From Candidatus Binatia bacterium (GTDB taxonomy: Bacteria > Desulfobacterota > Binatia > HRBIN30 > BPIQ01), in assembly GCA_026004195.1 (NCBI GenBank), contig BPIQ01000004.1:40923-104922 (forward strand): 64,000 nt of DNA. Reading direction: 5' to 3'. The position numbers were made by a program, and so were the translations under genes. Shown piece by piece: positions 29,986 through 38,505 of this stretch. Position 1 is the first letter of the stretch; each line of letters opens with the position of its first letter. The notes under the pieces are model-generated. The model was given only the letters and a program-made list of their open reading frames with translations. It did no database searches and was not told the DNA's origin.

Positions 29986-31593
29986 TCAAGGGTCCACGAG
30001 AACACCCGGATTGAGAACGCCGGACGGGTCGAGCGCTTTCTTCGCGGCCTTCAGCATCTCGCCGAAGACCCCCGGGCGCTCCCGGTCGTACCAGGGCCTG
30101 TGATCGCGGCCCACGGCGTGGTGATGCGTGATCGTGCCACCCAGCCGAAGGACAGCTTCGGAGGCCGCCGCCTTGATTTCGTCCCACTGCTCGAGCTGGC
30201 TCGCCTTCTTACCCGGCGCCGTCACGGTGTAGTAGGGTGCCGGACCGTCGGGATAGACGTGCGTGAAGCGGCAGGTCACCATTCCGCTGCCGCAGATCCT
30301 GCGCAGCGCATCCTCGACGGCCTCCCGCACCCCGGCGTGGAATTCCCCGAACCGGTCCCAGGTCACGGCGGTTTCGAAGGTTTCCGTCACCATCCCCAGG
30401 CACACGAGCGCGTCCCTCAGGTAGGGCGCCTCGAGAAAGGCCTTGCGCCACGCTCCCGCCGCACCTTCTCGGCCCGCCTCGGGATCCGTCCGGGTCTTTC
30501 CCGCGCCTTCGGGCACGCGGCCTCCGTGGTCCCGGCAGCACTCGAGCGCACGGTCCATCCACGCGTCCGGTGGATGGTCGGCCGATTCGAATCCCAGGAC
30601 GAGGACGTGCTCGGCGCCGGTTCCCGCACCCGAGACCAGAGCCTCGCCGGCGTCGAGAAGGCGGCAGTTCGAGGGGTAGAGGCCCGCTTGTGCGATCGCG
30701 CGGACGGCCTCGACGGCGTCGGCGAAGTCGGCGAAGGTCACGGCTGCCGACGCCCGGTATTTCGGGCGATCCTGAACCCTCATCCAGGCTTCCGTGATGA
30801 CGCCCAGGATCCCTTCCGAACCGATGAAGAGCCGATTCGGGTCCGGGCCGGCACCCGAAGCGGGAAGCCGGCGGGTCTCGACGGCCCCGCCGGGCGTGCG
30901 CACACGGAGGCTTTCCACGAACTCGTCGATGTGGGTGTAGAGCGTCGCGTAGTGCCCTCCCGATCGCGTGGCGATCCAGCCGCCCAGGGAGGAAAATTCG
31001 AAGGACTGGGGAAAGTGCCGCAGCGTAAGGCCGTGGGGCTTGAGTTGCTCCTCGAGGCGCGGCCCGTAGACACCCGCCTGGATCCGAGCCGCCCGGGACA
31101 CGCGGTCCACTTCGAGGACGCGGTCGAAACGCCGAAGGTCGAGGGTCACCGCACCCGCGTAGGCGTCACCGACGCGCGGCTCCACCCCACCGACCACGCT
31201 CGAGCCTCCGCCGTACGGAATGACAGCGAGCTTTTCGCGGGAGGCCCACTCCAGAACGGCGTCGATCTGCTCCTCGTCTTTCGGAAAGACCACGACGTCG
31301 GGCGCAGGAGAAAAATCTCGCCGCAGCGCGCGTACGACGTCGCGAAAACCCTTGCCGTAGGTGTGCGAGGCCCGGTCGTAAGGGTGGGCCGAAGCGACTG
31401 CGTCGAGCTGCGCCGGGGGACGTACCCGGGGCGGACGGAGCCGGATTTCTTCGATCCTGGGCGGATCGGTCCTTTCGCCGGCCCCGAGACCGAACCGCTC
31501 CTGCAGGAGCCGTGCGAGCTTTTCCGTCTGCTCGGGCGTCGGCCCCGCGTCTTCGTATCCCCAGCCCCAGAATTTGAGCCGTCTCCCCGACAC
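29986..31593 (-). CDS. FAD-linked oxidase, alkyl-dihydroxyacetonephosphate synthase-like
   Basis: N-terminal RRLKFWGWGYED motif and PCMH FAD domain VVVFPKDEEQIDAVLEWASREKLAVIPYGGGSSVVGG. The start could be GTG 31593 or GTG 31644. Confidence 0.8.
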   Translation of the reverse strand: MSGRRLKFWGWGYEDAGPTPEQTEKLARLLQERFGLGAGERTDPPRIEEIRLRPPRVRPPAQLDAVASAHPYDRASHTYGKGFRDVVRALRRDFSPAPDVVVFPKDEEQIDAVLEWASREKLAVIPYGGGSSVVGGVEPRVGDAYAGAVTLDLRRFDRVLEVDRVSRAARIQAGVYGPRLEEQLKPHGLTLRHFPQSFEFSSLGGWIATRSGGHYATLYTHIDEFVESLRVRTPGGAVETRRLPASGAGPDPNRLFIGSEGILGVITEAWMRVQDRPKYRASAAVTFADFADAVEAVRAIAQAGLYPSNCRLLDAGEALVSGAGTGAEHVLVLGFESADHPPDAWMDRALECCRDHGGRVPEGAGKTRTDPEAGREGAAGAWRKAFLEAPYLRDALVCLGMVTETFETAVTWDRFGEFHAGVREAVEDALRRICGSGMVTCRFTHVYPDGPAPYYTVTAPGKKASQLEQWDEIKAAASEAVLRLGGTITHHHAVGRDHRPWYDRERPGVFGEMLKAAKKALDPSGVLNPGVLVDP

Positions 31594-31615
31594 GGGGCCG
31601 AAACTACCACCGGAG

Positions 31616-34600
31616 CTACCGAAAAATCGAGGGCCCCACCGCACTCGACGCCGATCTCGCTGCGAAGAACGACCCGCCGGTACCTCGGGGCGAAGGCAAG
31701 AAGATCGCCTGGATCGTGAACTCGAGCTCGGAAAAAGCTCCCTGCTCGAAACCCTCGTCCCCTCCCGTGCCGCGCGAAGTTTCGCGCCGACACAGGACCG
31801 GCCGACCGGAAGCAAGACGCCGGAGAGCACCGACAAGATCCGCGGCAACCGCGCGGCGAGTGGCGCACGTTTCTTCGCCGGACGGTGTGGGACTCGGAGA
31901 GGCGGGGAGCTCTGGCTCGACCGTGCTTGTCGAGGTGGGCTCCGGGGTCCCCGTCGGTCGCGGCGTGGCCGCACTTTCGGAGCTTTCCGTGGGCGTCTCG
32001 GCCGCAGTCGGGCGCTGTGTGGGAGCCAACGTGGGCGTTCGTACCGGGCTCGGAAGGGCCGTGAGCGAGCCCGCGGGCGTCGGGGTCACCGTCGGTTCGG
32101 AAGACAAGGTGGGGCTCCACGTCGCAGTTGCCGTGGGAGACGGAGGCGGCGTAGGAGCCCGGGTCGTCCCGAACGACGGTGTCACCGCGGGTGAAGGGGT
32201 AGGGGTGACCGTGGTCGGCGTTCGGGTGGAGGACGGAGTGTGCGTGGCGGTCGGAGTGAGGGTCGGTGTCGTCGGCGAGAAGCTCGGCGTCGCCGAGGGC
32301 GACAGCGTGGGCGTCCGAGTCGCCGTGAGTGTCGCCGTGAAGGACGGAACCGGAGTCGGCGTCCCGCTCGGCGTGGAAGTCGAGGACGGCGTCCCCGTCG
32401 GAGTCACGGTCGGTGTCCCCGAAGGCGTCGCGGTCGCACTCGGCTCGGGAGTGTAGGTGGGCGTGGACGACGGAGTTCCGCTCGGACTCGGCGTGGCCGT
32501 CGCCGAAGGACTCGGGCTCGCCGTCGGCCTCGGTGTCGACGAGGGTGTTCCGGTGGCCGACGGCGTCGGACTCGGGCTCGGAGTCCGCGTAGGCGTCGGA
32601 GTATCCGTCACTGTCGGCGTGGGCGTCGGGGTCCGCGACGGCGTGCGGCTCGCGGTCGCGGTCGGCGTCGGCGTGCGGGTCCGCGACGGGGTGTGCGTCG
32701 GCACGGGAGAGGGAGTGAGAGTTGGCGTGGCCGTGCGGGTCGGAGTCACGGTCGGTGTCCGAGTGAAGGTCGGCGTAAGCGTGGGCGACGGCGTGTGGCT
32801 CGCCGTCCGGGTCGGGGTCCACGAAGGCGTGAAAGTACGCGTGGGTGTGTAGGTCGCCGTGCGGGTCGGGGTGGCCGTACTCGAAGGCGTCCGAGTGGGA
32901 GAGGCAGTGAAGGTGGAAGTTCGGGTGGAGGACGGAGTGTGCGTGGCGGTCGGAGTGAGGGTCGGTGTCGTCGTCGGCGAGAAGCTCGGCGTCGCCGAGG
33001 GCGACAGCGTGGGCGTCCGAGTCGCCGTGGGTGTCCCCGTGAAGGACGGAACCGGAGTCGGCGTCCCACTCGGCGTGGAAGTCGAGGACGGCGTCCCCGT
33101 CGGAGTCACGGTCGGTGTCCCCGAAGGCGTCGCGGTCGCACTCGGCTCGGGAGTGTAGGTGGGCGTGGACGACGGAGTTCCGCTCGGACTCGGCGTGGCC
33201 GTCGCCGAAGGACTCGGGCTCGCCGTCGGCCTCGGTGTCGACGAGGGTGTTCGGGTGGCCGACGGCGTCGGACTCGGGCTCGGAGTCCGCGTAGGCGTCG
33301 GAGTGTCCGTCACTGTCGGCGTGGGCGTCGGAGTCCGCGACGGTGTGCGGCTCGCGGTCGGCGTCGGCGTGCGGGTCCGCGACGGCGTGCGCGTCGGAGT
33401 CGCAGAGGGAGTGAGAGTTCGCGTGGCCGTGCGGGTCGGAGTCACGGTCGGTGTCCGAGTGAAGGTCGGCGTAAGCGTGGGCGACGGCGTGTGGCTCGCC
33501 GTCCGGGTCGGGGTCCACGAAGGCGTGAAAGTACGCGTGGGTGTGTAGGTCGCCGTCCGGCTCGGGGTCGCCGTGCGGGTCGGGGTGGCCGTACTCGAAG
33601 GCGTCCGAGTGGGAGAGGCAGTGAAGGTGGAAGTTCGGGTGGAGGACGGAGTGTGCGTGGCGGTCGGAGTGAGGGTCGGTGTCGTCGTCGGCGAGAAGCT
33701 CGGCGTCGCCGAGGGCGACAGCGTGGCCGTCCGAGTCGCCGTGGGTGTCGCCGTGGGCGTCCCCGTGAAGGACGGAACCGGAGTCGGCGTCCCGCTCGGC
33801 GTGGAAGTCGAGGACGGCGTCCCCGTCGGAGTCACGGTCGGTGTCCCCGAAGGCGTCGCGGTCGCACTCGGCTCGGGAGTCGGCGTGATCGTCGGCGCCG
33901 GTTCCGTGGCCGTCGGCGTCGAAGTTGCGGTCGGCGTGGCGGTGGGTCCGCCACCCGACAAGGGATACGCGAACTCGGCGGCAGCCATGTCGTCGCTTCG
34001 GAGGTCCGCACACCGGCCGTCGAAATGAGCCGCGGCCGACATCGTGGCATCGGGGTCTTCGGAGTGTCCGAATCCCAGCGCGTGTCCGATCTCGTGGGTG
34101 GCGATTTCCGCCAGGTTGCAAGGCGTCCAGTGCTTGCAATTGCCCCAGCCGTTGGCGAAAAGGACCTTCCCTACCATGATCCGGCGGAACGTGACGCCGT
34201 TCACCTCCCTCGTCTGGGCAGACGTGGCGCAGTAGCCGCCGAGTGCGAGCACGCCGCTGCAGCTCGTAGGGTCGGCGATCTCGTCGAAGGGATCGTTGAA
34301 CACCACACGGTTTCCTCCCGTGCACCCGGAATAGGGAACCGGATCGATCGACCCCCCGTTTCCGAGAACGACCGACGACGACGGCAGAAAAGTCCACGCG
34401 TCCAGTGCGGCCTCGACGGCGCCGAGAGAAACCTCGGGACCGAGGGTCACGTCGCCGGTGGCGTCCACGAAAAAATCGACCCTTGCCCCTTCGTCGAACT
34501 CGAACCAGCGGGACGGCGTACCGAGGAAAACGAACGGCTCGCTCGCCTCCCTGGTTCCTTCGTCGGAGCCTTGGGAGGCCAGCACCAGCTCGGCGGACCG

Positions 34601-35176
34601 TTCGCGTACGAGAGAGCCGGCAAACCCCTCCCGTGCCCACTGCCGAAGTCGCACCGCCAAGAGGTCGTAGTCGGCCGTTTCGGGTGGGGGTTCGCGCACC
34701 ACAACCCTGGCCTCGTGGTCCAAAACGGCCACGCCCTCACCGTAATGCCGCGAAGCCAGGCGCACGCCCCTGCGCGCCGAGACCGTGTACTTCCCCATGC
34801 TCATCCCTGTCGTCCGTAGCTCCCCCGAGCGCGACGCACCGAAGAACACCAGGACTTCTTCGCCCGTAGCGAACTCCGGAGCGCCGAAGATACGCTCGGT
34901 CAGGTCTCCGACGCTGCCACCCCTTTCGTGCAACACGAGCTTCTCCCCTGGCCGAACGGGTCCCCAGAACGCTTCGTCCACCTCGATGGTCACCAGCGTC
35001 GTCACTCCCGTCGAGGCCCGATCGAAGCGCGTTCGGACGTTCGTCACCCAGCCGTGCACTGCGCCGAGCGATTGCGCAGCGAGTTGCCATTCGTCGAGCG
35101 GCACGAAGGTGCTGGCGTTGGCCGTGGCCCAGAGCAGCAACGAGCTCGAGGCGAGGAAGCGGAGGAAGATCCGCAC
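31616..35176 (-). CDS. Secreted matrixin-like (M10) zinc metalloprotease with a roughly 690-aa Thr/Pro/Ser repeat stalk and a degenerate dockerin-like C-terminus
   Basis: Signal [22 protein letters not shown] (GTG start). [19 protein letters not shown] at 34064-34096 and following. Residues 411-1100 (31877-33946) are T/P/S-rich. The 86-aa tail contains two Cys. Confidence 0.85.
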   Translation of the reverse strand: MRIFLRFLASSSLLLWATANASTFVPLDEWQLAAQSLGAVHGWVTNVRTRFDRASTGVTTLVTIEVDEAFWGPVRPGEKLVLHERGGSVGDLTERIFGAPEFATGEEVLVFFGASRSGELRTTGMSMGKYTVSARRGVRLASRHYGEGVAVLDHEARVVVREPPPETADYDLLAVRLRQWAREGFAGSLVRERSAELVLASQGSDEGTREASEPFVFLGTPSRWFEFDEGARVDFFVDATGDVTLGPEVSLGAVEAALDAWTFLPSSSVVLGNGGSIDPVPYSGCTGGNRVVFNDPFDEIADPTSCSGVLALGGYCATSAQTREVNGVTFRRIMVGKVLFANGWGNCKHWTPCNLAEIATHEIGHALGFGHSEDPDATMSAAAHFDGRCADLRSDDMAAAEFAYPLSGGGPTATPTATSTPTATEPAPTITPTPEPSATATPSGTPTVTPTGTPSSTSTPSGTPTPVPSFTGTPTATPTATRTATLSPSATPSFSPTTTPTLTPTATHTPSSTRTSTFTASPTRTPSSTATPTRTATPSRTATYTPTRTFTPSWTPTRTASHTPSPTLTPTFTRTPTVTPTRTATRTLTPSATPTRTPSRTRTPTPTASRTPSRTPTPTPTVTDTPTPTRTPSPSPTPSATRTPSSTPRPTASPSPSATATPSPSGTPSSTPTYTPEPSATATPSGTPTVTPTGTPSSTSTPSGTPTPVPSFTGTPTATRTPTLSPSATPSFSPTTTPTLTPTATHTPSSTRTSTFTASPTRTPSSTATPTRTATYTPTRTFTPSWTPTRTASHTPSPTLTPTFTRTPTVTPTRTATPTLTPSPVPTHTPSRTRTPTPTATASRTPSRTPTPTPTVTDTPTPTRTPSPSPTPSATGTPSSTPRPTASPSPSATATPSPSGTPSSTPTYTPEPSATATPSGTPTVTPTGTPSSTSTPSGTPTPVPSFTATLTATRTPTLSPSATPSFSPTTPTLTPTATHTPSSTRTPTTVTPTPSPAVTPSFGTTRAPTPPPSPTATATWSPTLSSEPTVTPTPAGSLTALPSPVRTPTLAPTQRPTAAETPTESSESAATPRPTGTPEPTSTSTVEPELPASPSPTPSGEETCATRRAVAADLVGALRRLASGRPVLCRRETSRGTGGDEGFEQGAFSELEFTIQAIFLPSPRGTGGSFFAARSASSAVGPSIFR
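32210..33877 (-). repeat. Long coding tandem repeat: 726-bp unit, 702-bp unit and a partial third unit of about 240 bp
   Basis: Units begin with ccc gag ccg (PEP) at 33877, 33151 and 32449. Antisense track ORFs that start identically at 32457/33159 and at 32859/33573 give offsets of 702 and 714 bp. Confidence 0.9.
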
Positions 35177-35904
35177 CGCGCCGCGAGCGCAGCGCGAAGG
35201 TCATGCCACGACGTTGCCGACCGGAATGCGAAAGTTCGTGAGCCCCGCGAGCCTCCTACTCGGCGAATTCTCGACGAACGAGGGAACTCGGCGCTCGGAC
35301 GAGCCGGACGACCGAGCAGCCCTCAAGGAAGAAACCGCCGAATTTGCTCGAGCAAACCGCAGAACGCGGGAGAGAACTAGCGCCCCTTCGCCTGCACGAG
35401 CGCGGAAACTTTCCGGAACATCGCCACGGCAAGGCACAGAACGAGAAGGATGCCCGCAGCGGAAAGCGGAGACGGTACGACCGGGATCGGCGGAGGAGGA
35501 GGTCGGACGGGGTCGACGACCGTGTCCGAATCGTTGTCCGGGTTGGTGTCGTTCTCCGTGAAGACCGTCGCCGTGTTCGTGAGCTCGCCCGCTGCACCCG
35601 CCGTCACGTTCACCGTGACCGTGATCGTGGGGAAGGACAGTCCCGGGCCGAGCGAGTCGTTTCGACTGCAGTCGACGAAAACGGCCGTCGAAGCGGAGCA
35701 ATCCCAGCCCGTGCCACCCACCGAAACGATCTGAAGGCCTGCAGGTAGCGGGTCCGTCACTTGGACGGGAAGATTGGTCGCCACTGCGGACACGTTGGTC
35801 ACGGTGAGCAGATACTGCGCCTGGCCTCCCACGACGAACGGACCGACGCTGGTCTTCTCGATCTCGAGGTCCGGCGGTTCCTGACCGCCGCCATCCTCCT
35901 CGAA

Positions 35905-37010
35905 AGTCGGAGTCGGAGTCGGTGTCTCCGCCACCGTCGGCGTCTCGGTCACGCTCGGCGTCGCCGTAAGCGTCACCGTGGGTGTCTCGGTCACCGTCGG
36001 CGTCGCCGTATCCGTCACGGTCGGTGTCAGGGTGACGGTCGGAGTCGGTGTCTCCGTCACCGTCGGCGTGTCGGTCACGCCCGGCGTCGCCGTCAGCGTC
36101 ACCGTGGGCGTCTCGGTCACCGTGGGCGTCTCGGTCACCGTCGGCGTGGCCGTATCCGTCACGGTCGGTGTCAGGGTGACGGTCGGAGTCGGTGTCTCCG
36201 TCACCGTCGGAGTCCGGGTCACGCTCGGTGTCGCCGTCAGCGTCACCGTCGGCGTCTCGGTCACCGTCGGCGTGGCCGTATCCGTCACGGTCGGCGGGCT
36301 GTCAGGGTGACGGCCGGAGTCGGCGTCTCCGTCACCGTCGGCGTCTCGGTCACCGTCGGCGTCGCCGTAAGCGTCACCGTCGGCGTCTCGGTCACCGTCG
36401 GCGTGGCCGTATCCGTCACGGTCGGTGTCAGCGTGACGGTCGGAGTCGGTGTCTCCGTCACCGTCGGCGTCTCGGTCACGCTCGGCGTCGCCGTAAGCGT
36501 CACCGTGGGCGTCTCGGTCACCGTCGGCGTCGCCGTATCCGTCACGGTCGGCGTCAGGGTGACGGTCGGAGTCGGTGTCTCCGTCACCGTCGGAGTCTCG
36601 GTCACGCTCGGCGTCGCCGTAAGCGTCACCGTGGGCGTCTCGGTCACCGTCGGTGTGGCCGTATCCGTCACGGTCGGTGTCAGGGTGACGGTTGAAGTCG
36701 GCGTCTCCGTCACCGTCGGCGTCTCGGTCACCGTCGGCGTCGCCGTAAGCGTCACCGTCGGCGTCTCGGTCACCGTCGGTGTGGCCGTATCCGTCACGGT
36801 CGGTGTCAGGGTGACGGTCGGAGTCGGTGTCTCCGTCACCGTCGGCGTCCGGGTCACGCTGGGGGTCGGTCACGCTCGGTGTCGCGTCGTCACCGTGGGC
36901 GTTTCGGTCACCGTGGGTGTCGGGGTTTCCGTCACAGTCGGTGTTCGGGTGTGCGTGGGGGTGAGCGTCGGTTCCGGTGTGGGGGTCCGTGTCGGTGTCT
37001 CTCCCGGACA
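35905..37010 (-). repeat. 126-bp coding tandem repeat array (42-aa unit TPTVTDTA-TPTVTE-TPTVTLTA-TPSVTE-TPTVTE-TPTPTVTL)
   Basis: The marker cagggtgac recurs at 36028, 36172, 36303, 36429, 36555, 36681 and 36807, giving spacings of 144, 131, 126, 126, 126 and 126 bp. Confidence 0.9.
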
Positions 37011-38084
37011 AGGAGTGCACGCCGGCCCGAGAACCGTCGTCAGCGTGCAGTCCGTCCCGGCCTTCGTCCCTACCGTCAGCGCCCCCGTCGGAACGTTCCC
37101 CGCGAGCGTCAACGTGAACGTCTCGCACTCGTCCGCTTCGAGCTCCAGATCGTCGAACTTGAAAACGTCACCCTCGTCCAGGTCGGGGAAACAGGTGGGA
37201 TCCTTCGTTCCCGTCTCCTCGGCACCCGAGCTTCCCACGACCTCGAACTCGCTCAGACAAGCCTCGAGGGCCGAGAGATCGAACGTGAGATGACTCAAGT
37301 CGTGGAACGGAGTCGCCGGACAGCTCGTCGCGCCCCCGTCCTTCCCGCAAACCTCCCACGTGAAGGTCGTGTTCGTCCCGTCGAAAACGCTCGACACGAG
37401 CGTCACGAGAAAACCGTTCGCCGTACAGACCGATGCCGGCGGACAAACGACCACCCCCGCACCCCCGGACGGAGTGTGCGTCGGCGTCTCCGTGACGGTT
37501 TGGGTCGGCGGCAGCGTCCCCGTAGGCGTCCTCGTCACCGTCGGTGTCTTGGTCGGTTTCGGCGTCTTCGTCGGTTTCGGCGTCTTGGTCGGTTTCCGTG
37601 TCTTGGTGGGTTTCGGTGTCTTCGTCGGCGTCGCGGTCCCTCCCGCGCACGGAGTGCACGCCGGCCCGAGAACCGTCGTGAACTCGCAGTCCGGTCCGGC
37701 CTTCGTGCCTACGATCAGGCCTCCGGTCGGAACGTTCCCTGCGAGCGTCAACGTGAACGTCCGACACTCGTCCGCTTCGAGCTCCAGCTCGTCGAACTTG
37801 AAAACTTCACCTTTGCCGAGAGCGGGAAAACACGTGGGATCCTTCGTGTCCGTCTCGTCGGCACCGGAGCCTCCCACGACCTCGAACTCGCCCGGGCAGA
37901 CCTCGAGCGCCAAAAGATCGAACGTAAGATGACTCAAGTCGTGGAACGGAGTCGCGGGACAGCTCGTCGCGCCCCCGTCCTTCCCGCAAACCTCCCACGT
38001 GAAGGTCGTATTCGTCCCGTCGAAAACGCTGGATACGAGCGTCACGAGAAAACCGTTCGCCGTGCAGACCGACGCCGGCGGACA
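37008..38084 (-). repeat. 639-bp-offset duplication encoding two copies of a 146-aa, 10-Cys domain, separated by a (PTKTPK)n linker
   Basis: Copies at 37647-38084 and 37008-37445. atgactcaagtcgtggaacgg occurs at both 37290 and 37929. The linker is an 18-nt repeat at about 37540-37630. Confidence 0.9.
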
Positions 38085-38394
38085 AGCCCCCGCCGTGGGA
38101 CTGCCCGATGGAATGGGTGTGGGCGTCTTGGTCACGCTGTGAGCCAGCGCTGCCGAACCGCAAACCGCAAGAAAAAAGAAACCGGTCAGAACGCAGCGGC
38201 GGGACATAGGAACTCGGGATTCCGGCCTTGTCGACCCGGAAGCTTTCACCGTCACCGAGCGCTTTCCCGGACGACCAGAAACGTCGGAACAAAACGGTAC
38301 ATTCGTGACCTCTTCGCTCGGCTTCGGGAACATCGGATACCAGCGAGCGCCCCTCTCGCAGCGCAGTATCGCCCGCGCGCCAAGGAAAAGGCAA

Positions 38395-38505
38395 GGGCAA
38401 AGATTTTTCTCTACACCTTTTCCCTAGCGAAAATTTTTTCCCTAGCGAAAATTTTCCCGGCCGAGAAACCGAAGGATCGACCGGCGCGCCAAAATTTTGC
38501 CTAGG
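38395..38505 (-). promoter_or_regulatory. AT-rich putative promoter/operator region of the giant surface-protein gene
   Basis: Locally AT-rich within GC-rich DNA. Contains the 18-bp tandem repeat and a related aaaattttgcctagg (38491-38505). No -35/-10 boxes assigned. Confidence 0.35.
38420..38455. repeat. Perfect 18-bp tandem direct repeat (ttccctagcgaaaatttt, two copies) in an AT-rich island
   Basis: Read directly at 38420-38437 and 38438-38455, followed by a partial cccgg. It lies about 215-250 bp upstream of the giant gene start at 38207. Confidence 0.85.

Larger units (their letters stand above)
35377..38207 (-). pseudogene. Giant cell-surface protein gene, frame broken twice: Sec signal, two copies of a 10-Cys domain, (TPTVTE)n array, DUF11-like domain, sorting-signal-like tail
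   Basis: ATG 38207 (MSRRCVLTGFFFLAVCGSAALA). In-frame TGA at 36870-36872, with the same frame continuing to 36285. A 5-nt insertion at 36295-36299 shifts to the frame ending at 35377. DUF11-like segment at 35521-35871 (LEIEKTSVGPFVVGGQAQYLLTVTNVS...VTDPLPAGL...TNTATV). This could also be an assembly error. Confidence 0.7.

Noticed and set aside
31146-34819. Very long ORFs overlapping the protease stalk (31146..34640 minus, D/H/A/S-rich; 32240..34819 plus, Arg/Gly-rich; several GV-rich plus-strand ORFs)
   Set aside because: These are off-frame or antisense readings of the Thr/Pro repeat. They are open only because the ACN-CCN repeats lack stops. The chosen frame carries the signal peptide and the HExxHxxGxxH motif.
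36870-36872. In-frame TGA considered as selenocysteine or stop-codon reassignment
   Set aside because: Many confident genes in the window terminate with TGA. The local sequence shows compensating indels relative to neighbouring repeat units, and I noticed no SECIS-like hairpin.
35905-37010. Regular 126-bp periodicity considered as a possible CRISPR array
   Set aside because: The units are contiguous with no unique spacers, are in-frame coding sequence, and there are no cas genes nearby.
36300-37128. DADGDGDTDSDRH... repeat in the 5' part of ORF 35377..37128, superficially like Ca-binding thrombospondin-type-3 or RTX-like repeats
   Set aside because: It is the +1 reading of the TPTVTE repeat. 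It has no start context or signal peptide, and only the part 3' of the 5-nt insertion (36295-36299) joins sensible domains.
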